From NCBI GenBank assembly GCA_003971905.1, contig RSEE01000044.1, forward strand, positions 1 through 64,000: DNA of 64,000 nucleotides. Reading direction: 5' to 3'. The position numbers and the translations under genes are program-made. The notes beneath the pieces were generated by a model, which had not been told where the DNA came from, searched no databases, and saw only the letters and a program-made list of their open reading frames with translations. Shown piece by piece: positions 63,471 through 64,000 of this stretch (position 1 is the stretch's first letter; every line of letters starts with the position of its first letter). This DNA comes from Moniliella sp. 'wahieum' (Eukaryota).

Positions 63471-64000
63471 GGGGGAGGGCATGTGGCGGAAGCCAAACCG
63501 TGCTGATGTCCTGAGCGGCTGGCGACGCTATTAACCAGATGAGATCGATGAGAAGGGAAAGCGTGGTGAGCGCCGGTGAGCGGCTGAGCCTGCTGAGCTC
63601 ACCAGCGCTCACCCGCGCGAAATCTTCTCCCTGTGCACGCAGGCTTCGTAAACGATAATCGATAATCGTAGAGACGCATAATACCGTGCGTAGGCTTTGG
63701 GTGGCGGATAATCGATAACAACGCTCAGTCACTCATAACGATGTAACAAGAAGCTCTATTGTTAACGGCGTTCTTACAGCGACGCCCTGCGACACCTGGC
63801 GGAAGGGGGAATGGGAAGATCGGAGGATGGGTGCATTATAGAGGGGTGTGTTGGCTGTATCCCTGCTTTTGCATGGCATTCATCGATCATCGATCATCGA
63901 TCATCGGGATAGTACACTTGGCCAGGCTCCGAGCAGAGCACGCAGTAGCACGCAGCAGCAGACACAGGCGCCGTGGGGAGCACCAGGAGCAACTGCTTAC

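Noticed and set aside
1..64000. Autonomous transposon or biosynthetic gene cluster
   Set aside because: No reverse transcriptase, integrase, transposase, PKS or NRPS motifs, and no LTR or TIR pairs were seen.

Overview
Gene-dense, GC-rich, intron-poor fungal chromosomal DNA. The proteins and GT(A/G)(C/A)GT...CTRAC...YAG introns suggest a basidiomycete, probably Ustilaginomycotina-like (inference). About 20 conserved genes are recognisable: FAR11/STRIP, PP4R2, LTA4H, PMA1, RFA1, an LRR protein, an RDS2/AcuM-type Zn2Cys6-PAS factor, a Trx-domain protein, Usa1/HERP-like, PPIL2 cyclophilin, a beta-lactamase-fold esterase, a 4CL-like ligase, MAK21, RER1, RFC4, a TGL2-like lipase, a Ytp1/DUF2427 protein, EMG1, RPS2, EHD3/HIBCH, BUD13 and SPC25, plus an intron-containing tRNA-Ala(UGC). 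Almost every gene, including essential ones, has single-base frameshifts, best explained by an unpolished assembly, so CDS ends are approximate. Most unusual signals: (1) upstream regions carry 7-bp-periodic arrays with one shared grammar, [TNA][4-nt palindrome], but many different cores; (2) a recurring promoter motif GCACGGGGGCAGT; (3) a heavily decayed DBF2/SID2 kinase pseudogene containing an aberrant tRNA-like insert with possible target-site duplication; (4) a divergent esterase / acyl-CoA ligase pair.
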